64,000 nucleotides of DNA from Candidatus Komeilibacteria bacterium (GCA_048538235.1 JBLYPX010000001.1:521015-585014); one strand, 5' to 3'; positions 19,077-29,203 are shown, counted from the first letter of the stretch. A program made the numbers and translations. Notes: generated from the sequence alone by a model not told the origin.

Positions 19077-19922
19077 TTATTTTCTTCTCTTTTTCTTTCT
19101 TCTTTGAACAATAAGCTTATCTGATTTCTTATTTGCTCTTCTTGTCTTAACACCTAATGCTGGTTTACCCCATGGAGTCTTTGGATGCTTCAAACCGATT
19201 GAGTTTCTAGCTTCACCACCACCATGAGGGTGATCGACTGGATTCATAACCTTACCGCGAACAGTAGGTTTTATTCCTAAATGTCTCATTCTACCAGCCT
19301 TACCCCAACGAATGTTACGGTGTTCTGGATTAGAAACTTGTCCAACTGATGCCATGCATTCTTTGGAAACTTTTCTAATCTCTCCTGAAGGCATCTTCAA
19401 CTGTGCATATTTACCCTCAATAGACATTAGAATAGCTGAAGTACCAGCGCCACGAACTGTCTTACCGCCCTGACCTTCTTCTAATTCAATATTATATACA
19501 TCTACACCACTAGGTATTAAATGTAAAGGAAAACGATTACCAATTCCTCTTGTATATTTTGTCTTTGAATTTATTAACTTATCTCCAACCTTCATTTTAT
19601 CTGCAGCTAAAATATACTGCCTAGCTCCATCTGCATAACAAATTAATGCAATGTTGGCGTTTCTATTTGGATCATACTCAATAGTTTCAACCTTAGCTGG
19701 AATGTCAAACTTAGCTCTCTTAAAATCAACAAGTCTAATAAATCTCTTAGCTCCACCACCTTTATGTCTAACTGTGATCTTACCTTGATTATTTCTTCCG
19801 CCTTTTCTTTTCTTAATAACTCTTAAAGACTTAACAGGGTTAGATTTTCTGTTGGCATCACTAACCAAGACTGACGTACGTCGTCTGGATGGAGTTGTTG
19901 GTTTGTAAACTTTAATTGCCAT
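19077..19922 (-). CDS. rplB: 50S ribosomal protein L2
   Basis: EYDPNR, MNPVDHPHGGGE. Confidence 0.98.
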   Translation of the reverse strand: MAIKVYKPTTPSRRRTSVLVSDANRKSNPVKSLRVIKKRKGGRNNQGKITVRHKGGGAKRFIRLVDFKRAKFDIPAKVETIEYDPNRNANIALICYADGARQYILAADKMKVGDKLINSKTKYTRGIGNRFPLHLIPSGVDVYNIELEEGQGGKTVRGAGTSAILMSIEGKYAQLKMPSGEIRKVSKECMASVGQVSNPEHRNIRWGKAGRMRHLGIKPTVRGKVMNPVDHPHGGGEARNSIGLKHPKTPWGKPALGVKTRRANKKSDKLIVQRRKKKRRK

Positions 19923-19943
19923 TTATCTAAATAATTCTATTTA

Positions 19944-20396
19944 TTAAACACCTTCGTATACACTGATTGACTGTCCCTGCTTTAAGGTAACAATAGCCTT
20001 TTTAGTCTTTCTTGTTTTACCACTAATTCTTCCATAAGTAACTTTTTTACCACGACTACGTATAATATTAACCTTAATGACATTCACATTGTATAATTTT
20101 TCAATTGCCTTTCTAACTTCAATCTTATTGGCATTCATTGCTACTTCAAATATATATTTATTTTCTGATGCTAAATATGTAGCTTTTTCTGTAATAACAG
20201 GTCTTTGTATCCATTTGTAAGATAAACCAGATTGACCAGTTGCTTTAGCAGTTGCCACTTTCTTTCCAGGCTTAGCTGTTTTGCTTTCCTTTTCTTCTAA
20301 CTGAGCCAATGTTAAATCTTCCTTAGCAACTACAGGTTTTTTCTTATCTTCTTTAACAGCTTTATCGTCTGTGTTTTTCTTTCCAAATATACCCAT
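19944..20396 (-). CDS. rplW: 50S ribosomal protein L23 with N-terminal extension
   Basis: RPVITEKA, ANKIEVRKAIE, KKAIVTL; ATG lies 2 nt from the L4 stop. Confidence 0.94.
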   Translation of the reverse strand: MGIFGKKNTDDKAVKEDKKKPVVAKEDLTLAQLEEKESKTAKPGKKVATAKATGQSGLSYKWIQRPVITEKATYLASENKYIFEVAMNANKIEVRKAIEKLYNVNVIKVNIIRSRGKKVTYGRISGKTRKTKKAIVTLKQGQSISVYEGV

Positions 20397-20397
20397 A

Positions 20398-21027
20398 TTA
20401 TTTATACAACTTAATAGCTTTCATAATAGCTTTTTCTGTAATAACTAAACTTGGATGTCTTAATAGATCCAAAACATTCAAACTGTTAAAAGGCAATGTC
20501 TGAACATTAGGAAGATTCTTTGCAGCTTTAATTACATTTTCATTATTTCTAGCCATAACTAAAGTTGCTTTTTTATCTTTACCAATTAGTTTTACAAAAA
20601 ACTCATTTAAAACTTTTGTTTTACCATCTTTAATAGCTAATTTATCTACAATAAATATCTGGTTATTAGCCAATTTATTTGTCAAAACCATCTTTAAGGC
20701 CTTCTTTCTGACTTTATCGTTAATACGTTCTGAGAAATTACGTTCCTTTGTTGGTCCAAAAGTTACTCCACCGCCACGCCATAAAGGTGAGCGAATAGAA
20801 CCATGTCTAGCACGGCCAGTTCCTTTCTGACGCCAAGGCTTTTTACCGCCACCACGAACATCACTTCTGCCCTTAGTGTGGCTTAAATTCTCTCTTTGAT
20901 TGGCCCTAGCAGCTGTTACTACTTCGTGAAGTAGTGTTGGCTTAACTTCTACAGCAAAAATATCCTCTGGTAATTCTAGAGTTTTAATCTCTTTTGCTTC
21001 TTGATTGTAAACTTTTGCTGTTAACAT
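20398..21027 (-). CDS. rplD: 50S ribosomal protein L4
   Basis: GGGKKPWRQKGTGRARHGSIRSP. Confidence 0.98.
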   Translation of the reverse strand: MLTAKVYNQEAKEIKTLELPEDIFAVEVKPTLLHEVVTAARANQRENLSHTKGRSDVRGGGKKPWRQKGTGRARHGSIRSPLWRGGGVTFGPTKERNFSERINDKVRKKALKMVLTNKLANNQIFIVDKLAIKDGKTKVLNEFFVKLIGKDKKATLVMARNNENVIKAAKNLPNVQTLPFNSLNVLDLLRHPSLVITEKAIMKAIKLYK

Positions 21028-21029
21028 AT

Positions 21030-21818
21030 TTATTTATCTTCTTTTACTTCTTCTTTAGGAGCCTCTTCCTTAACTTCCTCTTTTGGCTCTTCTTTAACTT
21101 CTTCTACTTTTTCCTCAACCTTTTCTTCTTTTACCTCTTCTACTGGAGTTTCCTCTGCAGCTTTTTCTTCAACTGGAGTTTCTTCCTTAATCTCTTCTTT
21201 AACAGGTAACTTAAATTCTGAACCTGTCACAATGTATAAAATACCATTTCTTGCTCCAGGCACAGAGCCTTTTACATATATAATATTCTCATCTGCGTCT
21301 ATCTTAACTATTTCTAACCATTTAGATGTAATTTGTGCAGCTCCCATATGACCGCCCATTCTAGTTCCTTTAAAAACGTGAGCTGGACCAGTAGCACCAA
21401 TTGAACCAGGCATTCTTAATTGATCTTTATGACCATGACTTGCAGGAGATCCACGAAAACCCCATCTCTTAACAACACCCTGAAAGCCCTTACCTTTTGA
21501 AGTACCAATCACTTTTGCCTTTTCACCTTCTTCAAATATATCTACACCCCAGGTATCTCCCACTTTAACAGCGTCAACTGCAATATTGAATTCCTTAGAT
21601 GTTCTATATTTCTTTCCTTTAAAATGTCCAAGTAATGGTTTTGTTACCTTTCTCTTTTCACCAGAAGCAACTTGTACAGCCTCATAACCATCTTTTTCTT
21701 TAGTCTTAATTTGAGTAACTGTAACAGGTTCTGCCTTAATTTTTGTAACAGGCAAAACAACACCATCTGGTGTAAATATCTGTGTCATTTCTATTTTTTT
21801 GCCTATTATTGCTTTCAT
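21030..21818 (-). CDS. rplC: 50S ribosomal protein L3 with acidic C-terminal tail
   Basis: GKKIEMTQ, SKGKGFQG, PGSIG, KGSVPG. Confidence 0.98.
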   Translation of the reverse strand: MKAIIGKKIEMTQIFTPDGVVLPVTKIKAEPVTVTQIKTKEKDGYEAVQVASGEKRKVTKPLLGHFKGKKYRTSKEFNIAVDAVKVGDTWGVDIFEEGEKAKVIGTSKGKGFQGVVKRWGFRGSPASHGHKDQLRMPGSIGATGPAHVFKGTRMGGHMGAAQITSKWLEIVKIDADENIIYVKGSVPGARNGILYIVTGSEFKLPVKEEIKEETPVEEKAAEETPVEEVKEEKVEEKVEEVKEEPKEEVKEEAPKEEVKEDK

Positions 21819-22027
21819 AATTTTATAATCTGGTTTTTAGTTAACAAAAACCGTGATTAATTTTTACCAGCCTACCCTAGCAGACTTACAAAAACCAATC
21901 GCGGTTGCTCATTAAGACATTTGTCTTAAACTTATATACTTTTGAGCATTTTATTCAATTCTTAATTATCCTTTGATTAAACGAATCTGTTTTACCACTT
22001 CCATAACGGGTTAGTAAAACTGACAGC

Positions 22028-22375
22028 TTAAATCATTTTTATTTCAATATCTACTCCTGATGGTAGATTTAAATTCATTAATGCGTCTACTGTTTTAGCA
22101 GTTGGTTCAATAATATCTATTAATCTCTTATGAGTTCTCATCTCATATTGATCTTTAGAACTCTTGTGAACAAAAGTAGATTTTAATACAGTATATTTCT
22201 TCTTAGCTGTAGGTAGTGGAATTGGACCACTTATCTTAGCACCAGTTCTAGTTGCTGTATCTATAATAGTCTTTGTAGATTGATCAATAATCTTATGATC
22301 ATAAGCTTTGATCTTAATTCTAACCTTAGACTTTATCTCTACATTATTTGTTTTTACTGCTTCTTTAGTTGACAT
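22028..22375 (-). CDS. rpsJ: 30S ribosomal protein S10
   Basis: [25 protein letters not shown]; start moved to ATG 22375. Confidence 0.96.
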   Translation of the reverse strand: MSTKEAVKTNNVEIKSKVRIKIKAYDHKIIDQSTKTIIDTATRTGAKISGPIPLPTAKKKYTVLKSTFVHKSSKDQYEMRTHKRLIDIIEPTAKTVDALMNLNLPSGVDIEIKMI

Positions 22376-22429
22376 TTTAATATTCAATCAATGGAAGCGC
22401 CCCAAAAAGGGGCGCTTACGCATTTATCT

Positions 22430-23620
22430 TTACTTAATAATTTTAGTAACAATACCAGCTCCAACTGTATGACCACCTTCACGAATAGCAAACTTTTGCT
22501 TTTCTGACATGGCAACAGGGGTGATAAGTTTAATCTTAACTGTAACAGTATCTCCAGGCATAACCATTTCTGTACCAGCTGGAAGTTCATATACATCACC
22601 AGTTACATCAGTTGTTCTGATATAGAACTGTGGCTTATATCCTTTAAAGAATGGAGTGTGTCTACCACCTTCATCTTTGGATAGAATATATATTTCAGCT
22701 TCCATTTCAGTATGTGGAGTAATTGTTCCTGGTTTAGCAAGCACCTGACCTCTTTCAACGTCAGTCTTCTTTAGACCACGGATCAAAATACCGGCATTAT
22801 CTCCAGCACGACCCTCATCTAAACTCTTGTTAAACATTTCAATACCAGTAACTGTAGTTTTTTGAGTGTCTCTAATTCCAACGATTTCTACTTCTTCGTT
22901 TACCTTAATAACACCACTTTCAATTCTACCAGTCACAACAGTACCACGACCTTCGATTGAGAAGATATCTTCAACAGGCATTAAGAAATCCTTATCTACA
23001 TCTCTCTTAGGTTCTGGAATATATTCATCTAATTTTTCAATTAGAGAAACAACAGCCTTAGCATCTTCACCAGTTGGATCTTCTAAAGCTTTTAGAGCTG
23101 AACCACGAATAATTGGTGTTTCGTCTCCAGGGAATTCATATTTCTTTAACAAATCTCTGATTTCTTCTTCAACTAGATCAATTAATTCTGGATCATCTAC
23201 TTGATCTGTCTTGTTTAAGAAAACAACAATATATGGTACGCCCACCTGTCTAGCTAGCAAGATATGCTCTCTAGTTTGTGGCATAGGGCCATCAGCTGCA
23301 GAAACAACTAAAATAGCACCGTCCATCTGGGCTGCACCAGTAATCATATTTTTAATATAGTCAGCGTGACCAGGACAGTCGATATGAGCATAGTGACGTT
23401 TGTCACTTTCATATTCAACGTGAGCGGTCGCAATTGTAATACCACGCTCTTTTTCTTCAGGAGCGGCATCAATTTGACTAACGTCTTTTGTCTGTGCTGT
23501 TTTACCAGCTGCAGTTAAACTACTTAGAATAGCTGCTGTTAATGTTGTTTTACCATGATCAACGTGACCAATAGTACCCACATTAACGTGTGGCTTTGAT
23601 CTATCAAATGCTTCAGCCAT
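22430..23620 (-). CDS. tuf: Elongation factor Tu
   Basis: [23 protein letters not shown]. Confidence 0.99.
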   Translation of the reverse strand: MAEAFDRSKPHVNVGTIGHVDHGKTTLTAAILSSLTAAGKTAQTKDVSQIDAAPEEKERGITIATAHVEYESDKRHYAHIDCPGHADYIKNMITGAAQMDGAILVVSAADGPMPQTREHILLARQVGVPYIVVFLNKTDQVDDPELIDLVEEEIRDLLKKYEFPGDETPIIRGSALKALEDPTGEDAKAVVSLIEKLDEYIPEPKRDVDKDFLMPVEDIFSIEGRGTVVTGRIESGVIKVNEEVEIVGIRDTQKTTVTGIEMFNKSLDEGRAGDNAGILIRGLKKTDVERGQVLAKPGTITPHTEMEAEIYILSKDEGGRHTPFFKGYKPQFYIRTTDVTGDVYELPAGTEMVMPGDTVTVKIKLITPVAMSEKQKFAIREGGHTVGAGIVTKIIK

Positions 23621-23721
23621 GATTATTATTCTCCATTCGCGCAGATATTACCCAACCCGCGCTTACTTAGTAATTAAATGTATTTATTTTTTGTAAAAAA
23701 AAATTGCTATATTGCGTAAGG

Positions 23722-23749
23722 ATTATAACACAATCTGACAGTTTTGCAA
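23722..23749 (-). promoter_or_regulatory. Putative tuf/S10 cluster promoter
   Basis: TTGCAA-16 nt-TATAAT with extended -10 TG. Confidence 0.6.
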
Positions 23750-23891
23750 GACCTAATAATAGTAATTTTAAAAACTGCCTAATTTTGTATATTTTTTAGC
23801 TAATATTAGCTAAATTATCTCCTTTATTTCCTAAATCTATAAAATAATTGTCTATTTTATATATCTACTTGTGGAAAACTATCCCTTTTAC

Positions 23892-24278
23892 CTATTCATC
23901 TATTTCTTCAAAGAAGAATTCATCTCCTTCGTCTGGCTCTTGAATATTGCTAATAGGTGGCGCAAAAGAAGCCTCTGCCCTATCTGCAATAACGTCTTTA
24001 ACTGATATTGGGCCATTTGGCACACTATTATGCTTAATTGGCTCCATTATTGGTGCTTCAGAGCTAATTATATCATTTAGTGCTTGTTTCTCATCTTCTA
24101 TATCCATTGTCTTTTCCTTTAATTCATCTTTTGCAATAAATTGAGACTTTGCCTGATTATCTCTAACCAAATCCTCATACGAGTCTAAATCCATTACTAC
24201 TAATAGATCTGTGTCGGTTGCAACAATTATTTTGTCTTTTGTTTTTTTAATTAAATTTCCTAATCTATTTATATCCAT
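23892..24278 (-). CDS. Hypothetical protein with acidic aromatic C-terminal tail
   Basis: 128 aa ORF coupled to the upstream gene; ends DEGDEFFFEEIDE. Confidence 0.75.
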   Translation of the reverse strand: MDINRLGNLIKKTKDKIIVATDTDLLVVMDLDSYEDLVRDNQAKSQFIAKDELKEKTMDIEDEKQALNDIISSEAPIMEPIKHNSVPNGPISVKDVIADRAEASFAPPISNIQEPDEGDEFFFEEIDE

Positions 24279-24279
24279 A

Positions 24280-25539
24280 TTATTTATAATAAATATTTAT
24301 ATACTCATAGTTATTCATATCTACAAGCTCTGTCTCAGACGCTTTATTAAAATCTATAAACACTGGCGGTCTACCATCCACACCAATAATTGCACTATTA
24401 TCTGTTACAGCATAGAGCTTATTTACCAAACTAATATCTGACCAAACATATATTGGAATTATCTTATCTGCCACAGTGCTATACATTACCAGTTTTTGAT
24501 TAGTTGGAATATATAGATAATTATCTAGCCAATACAAATTATTTAAACTTGGCGCACTAATAGCAGAAAGATCATCTATGTATATTGATTTAATTTTATG
24601 CAGACTAATATTATATAGAACAACTTCATTATTATCTCCATTCATTTCATCCTCCCAACTCATCTTAGGCAATATGAAAGCTATATATTCACCACTTGGA
24701 GACAAATATGGATAACCAGCTGTTTTAATCTTATTTTCCTCATCTACTTGTGAAAAATAGTTATCTAATGCCAATTGGAAACTATCTTTATCTATAACTC
24801 CCTCTGCAATATTTAAGAACTGAACCCTGCCAAGCACAGAAGCGCCTGCATCTGCATTAAACTGGTATAGAATAAGATTTTCTTGAGAATTATCATACCC
24901 AAGTATTTTTAGGCCTGAATAAATACCACCACTGACATCTGCTACTAAAGTATGTATATCTTTAACAGTATCATATTCCCATATCTCTACAGATTTAGAA
25001 CCACCTTCTAAGAGCTCCAAACTCTCATCTGAATACAAATTTGTTGAATAAGCAATTTTACTCTTATCTAATGAATAAACAGCTCCAGTAATAAACTTCC
25101 TCTGATTATTTACTTCTTTATTTGGTAAGCTAAAAATTTCTGCCACATCTCCAGTTTCTAAATATAATTCATAAAGCTCTGTACCACCCGCATCTTTATC
25201 CTGCCAAAAATCTTTAATTAAAAATACAGCATCTTGCTGTATATTTGTAGATAGTAAAGAATATTTACCTTCTACTACTTCTGAAATTGTCTGAATATCT
25301 TTGTTTAATTCCTGACTAGCCAATTTATACCCACCAGCAGATAAATCCAAACCCACAAAAGAAACATTGCCAATCTCTGGTTTATTCTCATTAACCACCT
25401 CTTCAGTAGTTATTATGTCTACAGTTTGTATTTCTTCGCCATCTTTTAAACTAATAGAAACAACAACACCTATAAGTACTATTATTACTATACCTATAAC
25501 AACACTCATTATTTGAGAAAAACCTTTGTCGTTTACCAT
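24280..25539 (-). CDS. Exported protein with prepilin-like N-terminus and probable beta-propeller
   Basis: Start MVNDKG/FSQIMSVVIGIVIIVLIG; repeats YSLDKSKIAY and LSPSGEYIAF. Confidence 0.75.
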   Translation of the reverse strand: MVNDKGFSQIMSVVIGIVIIVLIGVVVSISLKDGEEIQTVDIITTEEVVNENKPEIGNVSFVGLDLSAGGYKLASQELNKDIQTISEVVEGKYSLLSTNIQQDAVFLIKDFWQDKDAGGTELYELYLETGDVAEIFSLPNKEVNNQRKFITGAVYSLDKSKIAYSTNLYSDESLELLEGGSKSVEIWEYDTVKDIHTLVADVSGGIYSGLKILGYDNSQENLILYQFNADAGASVLGRVQFLNIAEGVIDKDSFQLALDNYFSQVDEENKIKTAGYPYLSPSGEYIAFILPKMSWEDEMNGDNNEVVLYNISLHKIKSIYIDDLSAISAPSLNNLYWLDNYLYIPTNQKLVMYSTVADKIIPIYVWSDISLVNKLYAVTDNSAIIGVDGRPPVFIDFNKASETELVDMNNYEYINIYYK

Positions 25540-25677
25540 AAATATTATAATTATTAAGAATGTATAGGGAATTTTATACTGTATATATATATTTGTCAAA
25601 GTTGTTTATTGACATCATCTATTGACAATATTTTAGACGAATGTTATTGTGTTCTGGCTATAATGTACATTAAATTT

Positions 25678-25945
25678 TGTCTAGTCAGAGTAGTTGCTTT
25701 TGACATTGCCTATTTCACCAAAAAAAACCATTTCCCATGGTTTCAGCTGCAAATCCGAAACTAGGTGACTATCAGGAACAACATGACACTGGCTAGACAT
25801 ATTTCCAAGGGCTCTGAGATTCCCTCCCCTTACGAACGATCGTATACGAATCTTATTTGCCCTTTTTAACCGAGAGCTATTTCCTACTCTACAGCTCTCC
25901 TTACCGCAGAGCGCTAGGTCAATGACTTGGCGCTCTTTCTTTTAA
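25678..25945 (+). ncRNA. Candidate structured non-coding RNA (about 270 nt, four helical domains)
   Basis: TGTCTAGTCAG/CTGGCTAGACA closing stem plus three further hairpins ending in a T-rich run. G-U pairs occur on the + strand. Upstream TTGACA-17-TATTGT and a TATAAT. Confidence 0.55.
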
Positions 25946-25946
25946 C

Positions 25947-25977
25947 AAAAAACCCGTGAAATATTTCACGGGTTTTT
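25947..25977 (-). terminator. fusA terminator (bidirectional)
   Basis: AAAAAACCCGTGAAA-TA-TTTCACGGGTTTTT inverted repeat. Confidence 0.85.
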
Positions 25978-25996
25978 ATATATAATCTATATCTAA

Positions 25997-28093
25997 TTAA
26001 TTCTTGCCTTCTTTAATCTTTTCTTCAACATTCTTTGGCACTTCGGCATAATGTGAGAATTCCATACTATATGATGCTCTACCCTTGGATAGAGAACGGA
26101 TAGCAGTAGAATAACCAAACATTTCTCCTAGAGGCACATCAGCGTCTACAATCTTCATTTGACCTCTATCTCCCATTTCTTTAATCTGAGCACGTTTAGA
26201 GTTAAGATCTCCAATAACATCACCCATAGATTCTTCAGGAGTTACAACTTCTACTTTCATAATAGGTTCCAAAAGGACAAGTCCTGCCTTAGCACAAGCT
26301 GCTTTAAAGGCCATAGCTCCGGCAACTTTAAAGGCTGCTTCAGAAGAGTCAACTTCATGATATGATCCGTCATAGACATTAACACTAACATCAATTAATG
26401 GATAGCCAGCCAATATTCCATTCTCCATAGTTTCTTTAACACCTTTTTCAATTGGAGCAATGTACTCTTTTGGAATTGCACCACCTTTAATAGTGCTCTC
26501 AAATTCAAAACCAGCACCACGTTCACGACTTTCAACTTTTAACCAACAGTGACCAAATTGACCACGACCACCAGATTGCTTAACATACTTACCTTCTGCT
26601 TCAGCACTACCTTTAATAGTTTCTTTGTATGCAACTTGTGGAGCACCAACATTAGCTTCAACTTGAAATTCTCTTTTCATTCTATCTACAATAATATCTA
26701 AATGAAGCTCTCCCATACCTTTAATAATTGTTTGAAGGGTTTCTTCGTCTGTAGATACTTGGAAAGTAGGATCTTCCTCGGCTAATTTAGAAAGAGCAAG
26801 GCCCATCTTTTCCTGATCTTGTTTTGTCTTAGGTTCAATAGCTACTGAAATAACAGGTTCTGGGAAAGTAATTGACTCAAGTACAATTGGATTTGCTTCA
26901 TCACATAAAGTGTCTCCAGTACCAGTATCTTTTAATCCAACAACAGCTGCAATTTCACCAGCGTAAATCTCATCCACCTCTTCACGTGAATTAGCATGCA
27001 TTCTAACGATACGACCAATTCTTTCTTTACTTTCTTTTGACGAATTATATACGTATGATCCAGCTTTTAATACGCCAGAATATACACGTACAAAACATAA
27101 TTTACCAACATATGGATCAGTTGCAATCTTAAAAGCAAGTAATGATAAAGGTTCTGCATCATCTGCTTTACGTACCATTGTTTTTTCCTCATCATCTAAC
27201 GCATGACCTTCAACAGCTGGAACATCTAGTGGAGATGGCAATAATTCTACAATAGCGTCTAATAAAAATTGAACACCTTTATTCTTTAAAGCTGTACCAA
27301 CATATATTGGAATAATTTGATTAGCAATAACACCTTTGCGCAAAGCTTTCTTTAACTCTTCTAATGAAGGTTCTTCACCACCAAGGTATTGTTCCATTAA
27401 TTTTTCATCTGTCTCTACAATAGCTTCAATTAATTTACTTCTATACTCTTCTACTTTATCTTTCATATCTTCTGGAACATCGCCTTCGGTTATATCTTTA
27501 CCAAAGTCATCATTATATATATATGATTTACGTGTCAAAAGATCAACAAGTCCTTGGAAAGTTTCAGCTGCACCAATTGGTAATTGTGCAGGATAAGCTT
27601 TATTAGTTAATCTATCTTCAATAGTTTGAATATCGTAATAGAAATCTGCTCCCATTCTATCCATTTTATTAATAAAACAGATTCTAGGAACTTCATATTT
27701 ATCTGCTTGATGCCAAACTGTTTCAGATTGAGGTTCTACACCAGCTACACCGTCAAAAATAACAACACCACCATCTAGAACACGTAAAGAACGTTCTACT
27801 TCGGCTGTAAAGTCAACGTGACCTGGGGTATCAATAATGTTAATACGGTGCATATCTTCTGGCTTATTGCGAGAAGCCCAAAAACAAGTTGTAGCAGCAG
27901 AGGTAATAGTAATACCACGCTCTTGTTCTTGTTCCATCCAGTCCATTTCAGCTTCACCTTCATGAACTTCACCTATTTTATGTTTCTTACCAGTATAGAA
28001 CAGTACTCTTTCTGTAACTGTTGTTTTACCAGCATCAATATGGGCAATAATCCCAATATTACGTACCTTATCTAAAGGATAATCTCTTGACAT
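25997..28093 (-). CDS. fusA: Elongation factor G
   Basis: [30 protein letters not shown]. Confidence 0.99.
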   Translation of the reverse strand: MSRDYPLDKVRNIGIIAHIDAGKTTVTERVLFYTGKKHKIGEVHEGEAEMDWMEQEQERGITITSAATTCFWASRNKPEDMHRINIIDTPGHVDFTAEVERSLRVLDGGVVIFDGVAGVEPQSETVWHQADKYEVPRICFINKMDRMGADFYYDIQTIEDRLTNKAYPAQLPIGAAETFQGLVDLLTRKSYIYNDDFGKDITEGDVPEDMKDKVEEYRSKLIEAIVETDEKLMEQYLGGEEPSLEELKKALRKGVIANQIIPIYVGTALKNKGVQFLLDAIVELLPSPLDVPAVEGHALDDEEKTMVRKADDAEPLSLLAFKIATDPYVGKLCFVRVYSGVLKAGSYVYNSSKESKERIGRIVRMHANSREEVDEIYAGEIAAVVGLKDTGTGDTLCDEANPIVLESITFPEPVISVAIEPKTKQDQEKMGLALSKLAEEDPTFQVSTDEETLQTIIKGMGELHLDIIVDRMKREFQVEANVGAPQVAYKETIKGSAEAEGKYVKQSGGRGQFGHCWLKVESRERGAGFEFESTIKGGAIPKEYIAPIEKGVKETMENGILAGYPLIDVSVNVYDGSYHEVDSSEAAFKVAGAMAFKAACAKAGLVLLEPIMKVEVVTPEESMGDVIGDLNSKRAQIKEMGDRGQMKIVDADVPLGEMFGYSTAIRSLSKGRASYSMEFSHYAEVPKNVEEKIKEGKN

Positions 28094-28117
28094 AATTTTT
28101 AATATTAAATGTTTATT

Positions 28118-28585
28118 TTATCTTGCGAAATGAGCAAAAGCTTTGTTTGCCTCTGCCATTTTATGGACATCCTGCTTCTTCTTCATTGCTTCACCTTCAC
28201 CATTAGCAGCATCCATTAATTCTTCAGCTAATTTCAAATGCATTGGTTTACCCTTTTTACCTTTAGATGCACCAATAATCCATCTGAAAGCAAGTTGTGT
28301 TTTACGTGAACCAGACACTACTACTGGCACCTGATAATTAGCACCACCAATACGTCTACCCTTAACTTCAATATTTGGTCCAACATTTTTAATAGCTGCA
28401 TCAAAAACATCTAGTGGATCTTGCTTTGTTTTCTTAGAAATGAAATCAAAGGCTCCATAAACTATTTTTTGAGCTACACTTTTCTTACCATCATCCATAA
28501 TGTAATTAATAAATTTAGCAATCGTTACATTGTTGAACTTTGGATCTGGTTTAATTTTTCTCTTTGGGGCTTGTTTACCTCTCAT
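28118..28585 (-). CDS. rpsG: 30S ribosomal protein S7
   Basis: GKKSVA, RRIGGANYQVP, HKMAEANKAFAH. Confidence 0.98.
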   Translation of the reverse strand: MRGKQAPKRKIKPDPKFNNVTIAKFINYIMDDGKKSVAQKIVYGAFDFISKKTKQDPLDVFDAAIKNVGPNIEVKGRRIGGANYQVPVVVSGSRKTQLAFRWIIGASKGKKGKPMHLKLAEELMDAANGEGEAMKKKQDVHKMAEANKAFAHFAR

Positions 28586-28607
28586 ATATGTAAGTATTAT
28601 TTATTAA

Positions 28608-29060
28608 TTATTCAGCACTAGCTTCTGTAGAAGCCTTAGCTCCTTTTTTATCTAAACGCGCTCCATATAATGAACGACTTTGTTTTCGACCTTCTACTCC
28701 TTGGGTGTCATAGACACCACGAACCACATGATAACGAACACCAGCAAGATCTCTAACACGACCACCACGAAGTAGTACAATAGAGTGTTCTTGTAAATTG
28801 TGTCCTTCACCAGGAATATATGCTGTTACTTCCATACCATTAGATAGTCTAACTCTAGCAATCTTACGTAAAGCTGAGTTAGGTTTCTTTGGGGTAGTTG
28901 TAGTAACTTTAACACATACGCCACGTTTAAAAGGAGCGCCTTCTGGATGGTTATCTCTTTTTCTCTTTAAAGCATTAAGAGTATAACGCAAGCCAGGAGC
29001 TTTCGCTTTCTTTTTCTTAGACTTTCTTGGATTTTTTAACAATTGATTTGTTGTAGGCAT
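28608..29060 (-). CDS. rpsL: 30S ribosomal protein S12
   Basis: [24 protein letters not shown]. Confidence 0.98.
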   Translation of the reverse strand: MPTTNQLLKNPRKSKKKKAKAPGLRYTLNALKRKRDNHPEGAPFKRGVCVKVTTTTPKKPNSALRKIARVRLSNGMEVTAYIPGEGHNLQEHSIVLLRGGRVRDLAGVRYHVVRGVYDTQGVEGRKQSRSLYGARLDKKGAKASTEASAE

Positions 29061-29203
29061 ATTCTTTAGTTAAAATTATATAATTAAATTATTTATAAAA
29101 TAAAAAATAACTATCCGAAAGAAATAGTTATCAGTCACATATAGTATGTGATTAAATCCTACTCTACCTCACAAAGGATGGCAGATTCTATTCGGACGAC
29201 AGT

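Noticed and set aside
25737-25796. 19-codon ORF MVSAANPKLGDYQEQHDTG inside the candidate RNA
   Set aside because: Very short, no initiation signal, and buried in the paired 3' strand of the rod.
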